Virus record (IMG/VR): IMGVR_UViG_3300037722_000645
Coordinates: 1 to 47,821 of that record
Source of the DNA: a virus
Taxonomy: Duplodnaviria; Caudoviricetes
Length of the DNA: 47,821 nucleotides
Reading direction: 5' to 3' (one strand)
Position 1 is the stretch's first letter. Every line of letters starts with the position of its first letter. A program made the position numbers and the translations under genes. Below the pieces are notes generated by a model that was not told the DNA's origin, ran no database searches, and saw only the letters and a program-made list of their open reading frames with translations. Positions 1-8,671 of the stretch are shown one piece after another.

Positions 1-90
1 CAAACTGCAGCAGGCAACATCAACCTCTCGATAGCCGCTGACGCCCTCTGCGATGAAGAACCAGAAGTTTAGCGTCTGCTGTGCGTCCAT
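1..90 (-). CDS. Hypothetical protein, partial (runs off left edge)
   Basis: ATG at 90 preceded by GAGGAAAG; reads MDAQQTLNFWFFIAEG... open to the window edge. Confidence 0.5.
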   Translation of the reverse strand, partial: MDAQQTLNFWFFIAEGVSGYREVDVACCSL

Positions 91-109
91 CGCTTTCCTC
101 CCGCCCGCC

Positions 110-325
110 TCACTGGCGGGCTTTGTGTTGCTGGCTTGGCAGGCGGGGCGCCAGACTGCCGATTGAGCTAAGCTCAACCGCTGAAAGAGGGCGAGCCATT
201 CCGACGGCTCGCCACCAAACCCATTTGGGCGGATTGTCGTGCGGCCCCCAGCCGGCGGCCCTCATGATGGCAAAAACGCGCTCACGGCCAGCTTCGGAAA
301 TCGCATTTTCTAGCTGTACGTCCAT
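110..325 (-). CDS. Hypothetical phage protein
   Basis: 71 aa, GGAG-type RBS, abuts upstream gene. Confidence 0.6.
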   Translation of the reverse strand: MDVQLENAISEAGRERVFAIMRAAGWGPHDNPPKWVWWRAVGMARPLSAVELSSIGSLAPRLPSQQHKARQ

Positions 326-724
326 CTACTCCCCCTCCTTGGCGGTCGCATCCCCGGCCGGCGCGCGTGCGCGGATTGCCAAAACGAGATCGCCGGCCCA
401 TCTAGTTTCCGCACATGTGCCGCCGTTGCCGTCGCTATCCTGACCGCAGACAGGGCATGGCTCATCACGCACGACCCTGCAGTTTGGCCGGCTGAACGGG
501 CATTCTTCCATGCCTTCAAAGCGACGCTTCTGCACAATCTGAATGCACCGCTCCCGCTCCCCGGCCGCCCCTTCCCGCCGCGCTGCATCAAGGGCGAGGG
601 CGATGTCCAGGATCAGCGCGCCAGCGTCGGCCACGTTCTGGCAGCCCTTGTGAAAGTGGGCAATCTGCCGCGCTGTCGCCAAGGCTGCTGGGCTCGGGCC
701 GGCCGGTGGGGTGGGGGAGGTCAT
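326..724 (-). CDS. Hypothetical Cys-rich phage protein
   Basis: Start re-assigned to MTSPT (724); contains CPVC; tightly packed. Confidence 0.6.
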   Translation of the reverse strand: MTSPTPPAGPSPAALATARQIAHFHKGCQNVADAGALILDIALALDAARREGAAGERERCIQIVQKRRFEGMEECPFSRPNCRVVRDEPCPVCGQDSDGNGGTCAETRWAGDLVLAIRARAPAGDATAKEGE

Positions 725-726
725 TC

Positions 727-912
727 TCAGCACCCCGCCATCCAGTGGTCTCTTTGCTCGCGCAACTCTGCCTCCCGCTCCCGCAGCCGCTCCACCTCGG
801 CGATAAGCCAGCAGGTGTTGCAGACTTCTGGTCCTCGGTAGTACGACGCATCGCGGCCGTGCCAAGTGTCATGGTGCGCCTTGATCCCCGCCAGCCTGTC
901 TCTATCCGTCAT
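727..912 (-). CDS. Hypothetical protein (Ead/Ea22-like tail LIAEVERLR)
   Basis: 61 aa, overlaps neighbour; LIAEVERLR-type coiled end is typical of lambdoid accessory genes. Confidence 0.6.
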   Translation of the reverse strand: MTDRDRLAGIKAHHDTWHGRDASYYRGPEVCNTCWLIAEVERLREREAELREQRDHWMAGC

Positions 913-1087
913 CGGTAAATTCTCCCGTCACTTCGCGCACTATCACAGGGCCATCCTGAGAATAGATGGCCGCGTAGTGCATAGCTTCCTTGAACGCTTC
1001 ATCTCGATTCCGAGAGCCTGCGCTGGCGACCATGATGCCGCCCTGGAACACGCCGAACTCAAACTCTCTATCCGTCATGTCGGCCAC
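902..1087 (-). CDS. Hypothetical phage protein
   Basis: 61 aa, overlapping chain of minus-strand ORFs. Confidence 0.6.
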   Translation of the reverse strand: MADMTDREFEFGVFQGGIMVASAGSRNRDEAFKEAMHYAAIYSQDGPVIVREVTGEFTDDG

Positions 1088-1301
1088 CCTGGGGGTGGAG
1101 TTCCTTATCGGCCGCTATTATCTGAAGTTTAATCCCAGCGGAAATGAACAGCCCGGCGCCTAAGCCCACGAGAAAGGGGCCGTCCAACTCATAGGCTAGC
1201 CAGCCACACGCTAGCCCAATTTGTGCATACCCCAGAAGCCAGAGTGCCCATGGCGGCAAGCCCGCGATTCTTGCGCTGATTTGTCGGTCTAGTGTGGCCA
1301 T
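1068..1301 (-). CDS. Small membrane protein
   Basis: Two hydrophobic segments; GGAGGA RBS. Confidence 0.6.
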   Translation of the reverse strand: MATLDRQISARIAGLPPWALWLLGYAQIGLACGWLAYELDGPFLVGLGAGLFISAGIKLQIIAADKELHPQGGRHDG

Positions 1302-1330
1302 TCCTCATTCCTCCAGGGGTGCTAGGCGGG

Positions 1331-1552
1331 CTAGTGCCTCCGTATCGGAGCCCACCACTCCGGGCCGTAGCCGTCGTCTTCGCACCATGTAACAGACCGA
1401 CACGGCGTTTCCCAAATGCCTGGGCAGCGCGAGACGAGCGGGTTGACCCCTTCGGGGTTCCACCGCATTTCCGCTACATGGCCGTCGCTGTCGCCCACTT
1501 TAATAATGGTTCCATCTCGCGGCGCTGTTTCGATCGGCAATTGCTCGCTCAT
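1331..1552 (-). CDS. DUF551-like phage protein
   Basis: N-terminal PIETAPRDGT and C-terminal PEWWAP motifs. Confidence 0.7.
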   Translation of the reverse strand: MSEQLPIETAPRDGTIIKVGDSDGHVAEMRWNPEGVNPLVSRCPGIWETPCRSVTWCEDDGYGPEWWAPIRRH

Positions 1553-1600
1553 CTCTACCTCTCTCTTGCCGAACAGCCGGGGTTAGGCGGGCTTGGGCCG

Positions 1601-1957
1601 TCATCCATGCCGCCGGCCTCTTCGGGCTTCCCGGGTTGCGTTCTCTGCAATAACAGCGCGCGATTTCATCGCGCCGCGCCGTTCCTCGTCACGGTCCAAG
1701 CGCTCGATTTCCGCAACAATAAGGGCGGCGGCGCGGATAAGATCGCGACGTGGCCCCTTTGGCTTCCACCACTCAAAATCCCAGGGCCACATTTCTTCTG
1801 CCAAGATGCCTGCGTTTGCGCCCGTCCATGCCATTGCATAGCAAGCGCCCGCGCGCGATAATTCTCCAGGGCCATGCAAATCATCGTGCTCCAGCGCCCA
1901 GCCTTCTGCTTCGATTTGTCGCCTGCGTTCAGCGGCGATTTCGTCAATGGCGCCCAT
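1601..1957 (-). CDS. Conserved phage hypothetical protein
   Basis: AERRRQIEAEGW..EHDD..WPW..WWKP..RRDLIRAAALIVAEIERLDR pattern is common in proteobacterial phages. Confidence 0.8.
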   Translation of the reverse strand: MGAIDEIAAERRRQIEAEGWALEHDDLHGPGELSRAGACYAMAWTGANAGILAEEMWPWDFEWWKPKGPRRDLIRAAALIVAEIERLDRDEERRGAMKSRAVIAENATREARRGRRHG

Positions 1958-2115
1958 CTCAACCTCTCCCTAAGTGGCGGACAGAGCCGGAACGGCCTGC
2001 CCCGAATCTGCCCCGGTTTCTCGCACGGGCCGCTGCCCACAGAGCGCCACCGGAAACCATGGGCGGAAACTGCCCGCCAAGCCCTTGATCTCCGCCCGTG
2101 ACATGGCAACATTTT

Positions 2116-2628
2116 TCACTTCCTGGTTCTCGTGTTCCACTCGACGCGTAGGCCCGCCTCTTTCAGAGCGTCGAGCAGGATTTTGGCCAACTGTTCGACC
2201 CGCTCGCCGGCCTGAAAGTCTCGACGGCCCTCCCGCGGGCGACTCTGTCCGCCGTCAATCGCCAGTTCCAGGGCCATGATAGCTAGGGCCTCGGACTCCG
2301 GCGACCGCAGTGCGCGGATATCGTGGCCGAGCAGCCCCTGGATTTCGTTCCTGACGTCCCGGTTGGGCTTGAACCATTCCCCGCCAACACAGAACTTCTC
2401 CAGCTTCCTGTGAAGCTTCTGCTCCAGCGCCCGGCCGCCCTCGACTTTTCCGATGAGTTCCAGCCTGAACGGCGTTGCCACCTGGAGATCGGCAATCCGC
2501 GCCGCCACATCCTTGGCCGTGCCGATCTTGATGTGCCCGTCGCCGTCGAGCGCTTGGACGAAATAGACCCAGCCCTGAGACGTTAGACTCTCACTTGCCA
2601 AGTCATTGATCTGCGGTGCCGCGTTCAT
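2116..2628 (-). CDS. GIY-YIG superfamily nuclease (T5orf172/MUG113-like)
   Basis: VYFVQ...IKIG...RIADLQ...E..LH......GEWF signature. Confidence 0.85.
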   Translation of the reverse strand: MNAAPQINDLASESLTSQGWVYFVQALDGDGHIKIGTAKDVAARIADLQVATPFRLELIGKVEGGRALEQKLHRKLEKFCVGGEWFKPNRDVRNEIQGLLGHDIRALRSPESEALAIMALELAIDGGQSRPREGRRDFQAGERVEQLAKILLDALKEAGLRVEWNTRTRK

Positions 2629-2775
2629 GCCTAGAAAATCCTCTAACCCATTGCTGAAAAACAGTTCCGACTTAACGGAATGTAAACAAACGCTTCTGCT
2701 AGGTAAATGATATTCTTGCCAAATCCTCTTGCGTTAGACTTTCCCGCGTTAGACTTCATCCTGAAACGTTAGAGT
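2581..2775. other. Putative attP with integrase arm-type repeats
   Basis: CGTTAGA(CT) at 2581, 2732, 2747 and 2767, plus an inverted partial copy at 2641-2647, flanking an AT-rich stretch directly downstream of int. Confidence 0.6.
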
Positions 2776-3880
2776 CCTGGTGCGCTTCCAACTTGCGGAT
2801 GGCGCTCCGGCTCATGGCCTCGGTCTTGACCACGTAGGTATCGAGCAGCACCCGCACGCTGTTCTCGCTGTGGCCGGTGATCGCCGCTATCCCGTAGACC
2901 TCGCACCCTGCTTCCGCGAGCGCTATGGCGGCCGTCCGGCGCAGATCGCGGGCCTGCAGGTCCACTATCCCAGCCTCGGTGCAGATCACCCGCCAAGCCC
3001 GGTTAAAGGCATCGTAGGAGAGCGCGCGCCCGTCCGGGCGAGCCACGATGTTGACGCCCTTCCGTCGCGCCCTCAGCTCCGCCAGAGCTGCCACGAGGTC
3101 GCGGTGCTGGGCAACCCTCAGGCGCTTCCCCGTCTTTTCCTGGACTACCGAAATTACATCGCCCTGGACATGTGACCACTGCATGGCCAGCACGTCGCCG
3201 GGCCTCTGCCCGGTGTAGAGCAGCAAGTCTAGCGCCGCCTCCATGGCGGAGCCGTGCCGGTGCGCCCGGCAGGCCTTGCGGAAGGCCACGAGGTCATCCG
3301 CCGTAGCGGCCCGCTCCCGGGCCTTGGGCATGGAGAGGCGATAGCCGGTCAGCGGATTTTGCTGGATGGCGCCGCGGTTGTAGGCCACGTTTAGCAGATT
3401 GAGCATGGTCGCCTTGGCGATCCGGCGCATGCCCAGCGTCTTGACGCCCTCCAGATACTCGACGCAAAAGGGGCGGTTCATTTCATCGATCATCGCCGGC
3501 CCGCACAGCACCTCCAGGTCCCTCAGAAACACCTCATAGGCGCGCCGCGTGTTAAGGGCTAGATCCCGGAATCGGTCAGATAGGCGATAGCGCCGGATGT
3601 ACCAGGCCACGCTGCCTTCAACTATCGGCGCCGCCAACTCCCGGCGCCCGCGCCGGTCGGCCCGCTGGTTCAGGCCCTGGACTTCGCGGAAGCGCTCGAT
3701 CGGGTCATCCGACAGGCGCGCGACAGGCCAGCCCGGCCGCTGCCAATAATAGCGCAGCGAGCCGTCCTTGTTACATCGCGTCGTGACGTAGCGCAGCCTT
3801 TCGAGCACGGAGAGCCCTGAGTGCTGAGTTGTCCCCAGGGTCATTGCCGCGCAGTCCGGCAAGTTCGTCAAGGCGTGCAT
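2756..3880 (-). CDS. int: Tyrosine recombinase/phage integrase (true start may be 3844 or 3808)
   Basis: LYTGQR, QEKTG, RDLRRTA, ITGH and C-terminal Tyr (DTYV) catalytic motifs. Confidence 0.95.
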   Translation of the reverse strand: MHALTNLPDCAAMTLGTTQHSGLSVLERLRYVTTRCNKDGSLRYYWQRPGWPVARLSDDPIERFREVQGLNQRADRRGRRELAAPIVEGSVAWYIRRYRLSDRFRDLALNTRRAYEVFLRDLEVLCGPAMIDEMNRPFCVEYLEGVKTLGMRRIAKATMLNLLNVAYNRGAIQQNPLTGYRLSMPKARERAATADDLVAFRKACRAHRHGSAMEAALDLLLYTGQRPGDVLAMQWSHVQGDVISVVQEKTGKRLRVAQHRDLVAALAELRARRKGVNIVARPDGRALSYDAFNRAWRVICTEAGIVDLQARDLRRTAAIALAEAGCEVYGIAAITGHSENSVRVLLDTYVVKTEAMSRSAIRKLEAHQDSNVSG

Positions 3881-4025
3881 CGATCTGTTTCCGGTCCCAA
3901 AAGCTTGTTCCGTGGACAGGTCTGGGGATAAGCCCAGCCGTCATCCATCTTTTCAAGGTGGCGTCTGAAACGCCATTGAGGTATGTGCGCACCTGGTCGC
4001 GAGAGAGAAGGCGGGGCTCTACCAC
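3771..4025 (-). CDS. xis: Excisionase-like HTH protein (AlpA/HTH_17 type)
   Basis: LLSRDQVRTYLNGVSDATLKRWMTAGLIPRP winged-HTH pattern, immediately upstream of int. Confidence 0.8.
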   Translation of the reverse strand: MVEPRLLSRDQVRTYLNGVSDATLKRWMTAGLIPRPVHGTSFWDRKQIDARLDELAGLRGNDPGDNSALRALRARKAALRHDAM

Positions 4026-4123
4026 GGCTCACCCGCACGCCGCTTGCGCGCCAGCGTGGCCGGCTTGAGGCCAAGATACTCCGCCGCGGCAGCTTCTGTC
4101 AGCAATGTGGGCAGGGCGGTCAT
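4019..4123 (-). pseudogene. Truncated second excisionase-like HTH (34 aa; not in ORF track)
   Basis: Hand translation MTALPTLLTEAAAAEYLGLKPATLARKRRAGEPW*; ATGA-coupled to the fic stop. Confidence 0.6.
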
Positions 4124-4572
4124 TTGATGTTCGCCAAAGTCTGGTAGTAGAAGTGGTGCAGGAAGCCGAGCGGCGCGTTTTCGATGCCGCCTATTTGCCA
4201 GAGCCAGAGCATGCGGCCCGAGCGGCCGTTGCCGTCCGTAAATGGGTGGATCATTTCATAGCGTAGATGCGCTTTGTAGGCGTCCATCTGGCGACTGTTG
4301 ACGAAGTGCAGCAGCATCTCCAGATCGGCCACGATGTTCTTGCCGCCAGGGGGCGCAGTATAGCGGCCGACTCGAACGTCCATCCCTGCTTGGCTGCGCA
4401 GGCAGGCGTCGGGCTGGAACGCGCTCACCAGCATTTCCATATGTTCGATACCAATAGCGGCGCTCGCCAAGAATGTGTTAGCGGCGCATCGTTCGGTCGG
4501 CAACACCTTCCGCACGATGCCCTCGATGCGGTTGCTCTCGCGGATGAAATCGAGCAGCGTGAACGGTTCCAT
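4120..4572 (-). CDS. fic: Fic-domain protein (putative AMPylase)
   Basis: Canonical HPFTDGNGRSGR motif; N-terminal SNRIEG matches the (S/T)xxxE(G/N) inhibitory motif. Confidence 0.93.
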   Translation of the reverse strand: MEPFTLLDFIRESNRIEGIVRKVLPTERCAANTFLASAAIGIEHMEMLVSAFQPDACLRSQAGMDVRVGRYTAPPGGKNIVADLEMLLHFVNSRQMDAYKAHLRYEMIHPFTDGNGRSGRMLWLWQIGGIENAPLGFLHHFYYQTLANIK

Positions 4573-4607
4573 CGTCTATTCCTTCTCTGTCGCTTGGGGC
4601 AGGACGG

Positions 4608-4700
4608 TCATGGCCGGCGCATGATCAGCCACGCGAGCCAGGCGAGCACCGCGTAAAAGACCAGCACGGCGACTATCGCGATCAGCATTGCCCACTCCAT
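4608..4700 (-). CDS. 30-aa single-TM micro-protein (not in ORF track)
   Basis: MEWAMLIAIVAVLVFYAVLAWLAWLIMRRP*; fills the gap in the operon. Confidence 0.5.
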   Translation of the reverse strand: MEWAMLIAIVAVLVFYAVLAWLAWLIMRRP

Positions 4701-4703
4701 CGC

Positions 4704-5186
4704 CTACCCCTTCTCTGCCGCTTGGGCTTCCTTTGCGCGGAGAGCTGCGTCGTGCTCGGCCAGCCTTAGAAGGCTTTGGCTGAGAGCTAGCGCGACGGCA
4801 TCGACGCCCCGTGCGCGTCCTTGAAATTCATAGCTGGGTATGGTGATATCAGTGAGCGCCCATTCGCCGTCTACTTCACGAACATATATCTCATAGCCGT
4901 GCCTGCCGACGCGCCGCATATGATCCGTGATGGCGGCCTTCACGTCGTCTACGGACATGGTGCAGCATAGCGCTGTGTGCAGGCTGGCTCCCGAACGCGA
5001 CTTGCGCCAGAATGTGCCAGCAGCGCAGCCGTCATCTTTGCGCGGCAGCTTCAGATAGATCAGGTCATCAGCCGGTCGCACCGCAGGCAGCCCGTAGCCG
5101 ATCGCCACAGCAATAGCCGCGTCCAGCTCCCGGCTGCCCGCGTCAGCCGCCTCCAGGCGGGCCAGGAGAGGGGCTAAGTCAGTCAT
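4704..5186 (-). CDS. Conserved phage hypothetical protein
   Basis: LLARLEAA..GSRELDAAIA N-terminus is common in alphaproteobacterial phages. Confidence 0.75.
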   Translation of the reverse strand: MTDLAPLLARLEAADAGSRELDAAIAVAIGYGLPAVRPADDLIYLKLPRKDDGCAAGTFWRKSRSGASLHTALCCTMSVDDVKAAITDHMRRVGRHGYEIYVREVDGEWALTDITIPSYEFQGRARGVDAVALALSQSLLRLAEHDAALRAKEAQAAEKG

Positions 5187-5418
5187 GGGATTCCTCGCTC
5201 GCTAGGGCGGCGCGGCCTTCCCAGCAGGGACAGTCCAGAAGTGCGTTGCCATTTTTGGTGAGATCAATATCGGCGGTCATCCAGCTAACCGAGGCCGGGT
5301 CACCCTTTTCCCAGCGCGGAGACTTCGTTATGGCGACCGGGTGCACGCAACAGGCCCAGCCAAGCATGCTCGGGTCGTAGCAGTCGTGCCTGCAAGTCTT
5401 ACATGGATGTTTTATCAT
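5179..5418 (-). CDS. Small Cys-rich hypothetical protein
   Basis: CxxC plus further Cys; overlaps neighbours. Confidence 0.6.
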   Translation of the reverse strand: MIKHPCKTCRHDCYDPSMLGWACCVHPVAITKSPRWEKGDPASVSWMTADIDLTKNGNALLDCPCWEGRAALASEESHD

Positions 5419-5725
5419 CGCCCTCTCCCGCCAGCTTCGCCGCCTCTGCGCGGCAGTAGGCGGCGGCTTCGCGCATCAAACATGGCAGCATCCTGTACCA
5501 CGCGGTGCGCAACATGTTCTTGGAAACGCGGGACTGATAAGCGGCTTCTGTCAGGGCGTAGCCGCTGATAGCCCGCGGGACAACCACCAAGTCGGGGTGG
5601 CTGCCTTCTGCCAACGCCAGCAGCTCCTTGACGCGGCCCTGGCGGATGCCCTTGCAGATCATGCAGACGGCGTTGCCGCCAAGGGTTAGGCCCTGGAAGC
5701 GCAGATCGTGTTCACAATCAGCCAT
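5399..5725 (-). CDS. Hypothetical phage protein
   Basis: 108 aa, overlapping chain. Confidence 0.6.
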   Translation of the reverse strand: MADCEHDLRFQGLTLGGNAVCMICKGIRQGRVKELLALAEGSHPDLVVVPRAISGYALTEAAYQSRVSKNMLRTAWYRMLPCLMREAAAYCRAEAAKLAGEGDDKTSM

Positions 5726-6380
5726 CTTTCACCTCCGGCTCCGGCTCCGGGAAAGACGCGAGTGCCGTCTTAAGCGGGGCGCAATAGGGGCACGGCCGCT
5801 TAGAAGAGCCAGGCGCTTGCCCATATTCTTCTTCTGGCCAGCCCGGATAAATGAAGCCTTCGCCAACACACGCATTGCAGTGCTGCACAAACTCCCGCGA
5901 CGCTTTCACCAGATCGGCTACACGCGAAGAGCAGGGGGCGGCTGCAATGGTCAAGCGCAGCTCTTCCGCCATGAGAGGGTAGCCCGGCTCAATTAACGCA
6001 GCCGCTCTGTCCATCGCCTCCCGCAGCCCAGCGTTGGCGGCCTCGGCTTCGGCGAGCCTGTGTTGCAGCTCTTCCTTGGCCAGCCCGAGCAGAACGATGT
6101 CGTTCATGTCGTTGGACATCACCGTCATGTAGGCGGATACCTTCTTCTCCGCCGCCTCTGCCCGACAGACTTGGCACTTGGGCTCTTGATAGCCTGGGTT
6201 GATCTTGTCGCGGTGATCTGGACATGGCACCCAACGGTCGACGGCCGCCTTGCGAAGCTCGGCAATCTTCTCCGCCGCCTCCACGCGCGCCACCAGGACG
6301 CAAATAGCCGCCGACATGGCCCCTGGATCATCGGCCTTGTCGGCCAGTATGAGATAGCTTGCGTTGCTCGGATCAGTCAT
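5718..6380 (-). CDS. Hypothetical mosaic protein with AEAAE coiled repeats and CxxC motifs
   Basis: Start re-assigned to MTDPS (6380), GGAG RBS. Confidence 0.65.
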   Translation of the reverse strand: MTDPSNASYLILADKADDPGAMSAAICVLVARVEAAEKIAELRKAAVDRWVPCPDHRDKINPGYQEPKCQVCRAEAAEKKVSAYMTVMSNDMNDIVLLGLAKEELQHRLAEAEAANAGLREAMDRAAALIEPGYPLMAEELRLTIAAAPCSSRVADLVKASREFVQHCNACVGEGFIYPGWPEEEYGQAPGSSKRPCPYCAPLKTALASFPEPEPEVKDG

Positions 6381-6621
6381 CGGCTTGCTCCTGGAGAGCG
6401 GCGCGGCCGTTAGCAATCTTGTCGATCAGCAGCTTGGCGGCGTCGAAGTTATCAGCAAGGGTGCCTTCGCCTGGAGTTGCGACAAATAGCTGCCAGCCTT
6501 CATTGCCCTGCTCGAACGCTACGACCTGGATATCAGCCGGCGACAGCCCGAGATACTGGTGCGCGTAGGAGTTCAACAGCGGCACGGCAATGCCGGCCTG
6601 TGCTTTACTCAGCCGCATCAT
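6373..6621 (-). CDS. Hypothetical phage protein
   Basis: 82 aa, GGAGG RBS. Confidence 0.6.
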   Translation of the reverse strand: MMRLSKAQAGIAVPLLNSYAHQYLGLSPADIQVVAFEQGNEGWQLFVATPGEGTLADNFDAAKLLIDKIANGRAALQEQADD

Positions 6622-7333
6622 CCGCCTCCTTCGCCGCCGTCTCTGGCGACAGCCCGCTGGATTTGTCGATATTACAGAGGTACGGCTTGAAGGTCACCGC
6701 AACCACCCATGGGTTGCCTTCCCATGAGAATCCCCGGCGGGCATTCAAGGAGTCCCAGAGTTCATGGAATGCGGCCCGTGCCGAGTTGAACCCGCGACGG
6801 CTGTTGATAGCGGAGGCCCACCAGCAGGCATTGCGGGCAGAGGCAAGAGGGTCACGCGAGAAGTCGAAGCCGATGCCTTCCGCCTTCGCGTCCTCTTCGC
6901 TGATCTCCTGCAGCCGCTGCACGCGGACGTCGGTTACAACAAGGGTGAGGCGCGAGGCCCAGCGACACATGAACATGCCCGGCACCGATCGCCGACTGAC
7001 GCTGAAGTCATCGGGGATGCAGCCGTGCGGTACAGGGGTCGCATCAGCCGCATAGAGGAGATGATCGCTCTCATCGAGCTTCAGGGCTTCGCGCACCCAA
7101 AGACGGTCGCCGGGCTGGTATGGGGCGAACTGAACGGCAGCGCTGGCGAAGTCCTGCACGGGCACGCCAGCGCACCAGTAGCCCTTCCGGGACTGCCAGG
7201 AGACTCGACCGGCGGTGGTTTCCGGCTGCGGCTTCAGCGCCCGCCGCGTCTGCGTCTTCCCGGTGCCCGGCTCCGCGATCTCGCGCAGCAGCGCCAGCAC
7301 CATCGGGGCGGCGAAGAGGATGGGCTTGGTCAT
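6605..7333 (-). CDS. ASCH/PUA-like phage protein
   Basis: PILF..PMV...KTQTRR, GDRLWVRE, RWASRLTL.VTDVRVQRLQEISEEDAKAEG, NPWV motifs; start MTKP (7333). Confidence 0.85.
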   Translation of the reverse strand: MTKPILFAAPMVLALLREIAEPGTGKTQTRRALKPQPETTAGRVSWQSRKGYWCAGVPVQDFASAAVQFAPYQPGDRLWVREALKLDESDHLLYAADATPVPHGCIPDDFSVSRRSVPGMFMCRWASRLTLVVTDVRVQRLQEISEEDAKAEGIGFDFSRDPLASARNACWWASAINSRRGFNSARAAFHELWDSLNARRGFSWEGNPWVVAVTFKPYLCNIDKSSGLSPETAAKEADDAAE

Positions 7334-7560
7334 GGCAGCGGCTGCCCCTTCCCGGTCAGCATGCACTTCGCGGCGTGCTGGATGACCTTCTCGCGCGTAG
7401 CCATGTCGGGGAAGGCGCCGCGGTAGATCGCACCGCATGTAGCGTGCAGCGCGGCAGCGACGATGCAGGGCTCGACCCCGGCGCTCAGCAGTTCGGCGAC
7501 CGTGCCGCTGACCATTTCCAGGGCCGTCTGCATATCGGTCTCTATTGACCGCTCGCCCAT
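7330..7560 (-). CDS. Hypothetical phage protein
   Basis: Start MGERS coupled to the recT stop; ATGA overlap with next gene. Confidence 0.6.
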   Translation of the reverse strand: MGERSIETDMQTALEMVSGTVAELLSAGVEPCIVAAALHATCGAIYRGAFPDMATREKVIQHAAKCMLTGKGQPLP

Positions 7561-8669
7561 CACCGCCCCCGCCTGCCCTGGCCCCTCAAGCGGCCGAGAG
7601 CGTTGCTGTAGAGCTGCTGGAAGCGGGCGAACTCCGGGGCGCCTTCGTCGACGCCCATCTTCGCCAGCTCGGCCTTGCACTGGTTCCAGGCGCCTTGGAC
7701 GGCCTCGGACGTGTTGGCGTCGCCATAGCCATTGGTCATCATGTGCGTGTGATAGTCCTCGATCTTGCGCTGGCGACGCTCCTCCTCCTCGTCGACCTCT
7801 TCGGTCGCCGCCTCGGTTGCCTCATCGGCGGCTTCTTCGGCTTCGGTTGCGGCGGTCGTTTCCTCGGAAGTGTCGGTGATCTCGCCGGTTTCGGGGTCGA
7901 TCTCCTCAGCCTCGTCCAGCGGCGGCTTGCCCATGGCGGCGCGCTCGGCGTTGACGACCTCGCGGCTCTGCTGCTCGATGGCGCGCTCGGTCCCCTGGTG
8001 CCGCGCCGCGGCCCGGTAGTCGCCGCGGGACGGCCGCTCCGGGCGATAGGTGCCGTCGGGGCCGGGTTTCAGATCGCCCATCATCTGCATCCGGTCGATA
8101 TCGTCGTCGGTCAGCACGCCGAGCAGCAGTTCCGGGCAGTGGGCGCGCGCCCATTTGATGGCGCCCGAGTAGATCAGCTTCTGCCTCGGGTCCGCAGTCC
8201 ACATCTTGTTGTTGGTCTTGGCGGTGCCGACGCGGACCTCGACCGTGCGGTCCACGTCTTCTCCAATGAACCGGCCGGTCACGGTGATCGTGAGATCGTC
8301 GCCGGCCTTGTCATTGTAGGCGTAGCTGAGGCGCTGCTGCAGCCCGGCCTTGGCGTTGACGACGGCGGCGACGAGCTTGCCCTGATAGCCGAGCTTGTTC
8401 TGCACGACGTAGGTTTCATCGACCACGGCGAAGGGATCGAAGCCCCAGCGCACCGCCTGGTTGACGACGCGGAAGCAATTGGCCGCCGTCTGGCGCGCAT
8501 CGGTCCCCCTCAGGTGCGCCGGGCAAAGCGTCTGTTCCGCGATCGCGTTGGCGATGCGCTGCATGTGCTCGAAGCGGGCGGTATCGAGAACCGGGATCGG
8601 GTCATCGACAGTTCGGATTTCGCGACGGGTCTCGATCTTCGCCAGCGCCTGAGTTTCTGTCTGTGCCAT
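7560..8669 (-). CDS. recT: RecT-family single-strand annealing protein with acidic C-terminal tail
   Basis: NCFRVVNQAVRWGFDPFAV..TYVV..KLGYQGKLV.AVV and W..DPRQKL.Y...KWAR..CPE.LLGV motifs. Confidence 0.85.
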   Translation of the reverse strand: MAQTETQALAKIETRREIRTVDDPIPVLDTARFEHMQRIANAIAEQTLCPAHLRGTDARQTAANCFRVVNQAVRWGFDPFAVVDETYVVQNKLGYQGKLVAAVVNAKAGLQQRLSYAYNDKAGDDLTITVTGRFIGEDVDRTVEVRVGTAKTNNKMWTADPRQKLIYSGAIKWARAHCPELLLGVLTDDDIDRMQMMGDLKPGPDGTYRPERPSRGDYRAAARHQGTERAIEQQSREVVNAERAAMGKPPLDEAEEIDPETGEITDTSEETTAATEAEEAADEATEAATEEVDEEEERRQRKIEDYHTHMMTNGYGDANTSEAVQGAWNQCKAELAKMGVDEGAPEFARFQQLYSNALGRLRGQGRRGR

Positions 8670-8671
8670 GG

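Noticed and set aside
2655-2700. dif-like XerCD site
   Set aside because: Only vague resemblance; it lacks the TTATGTTAAA XerD arm, and the phage has its own integrase
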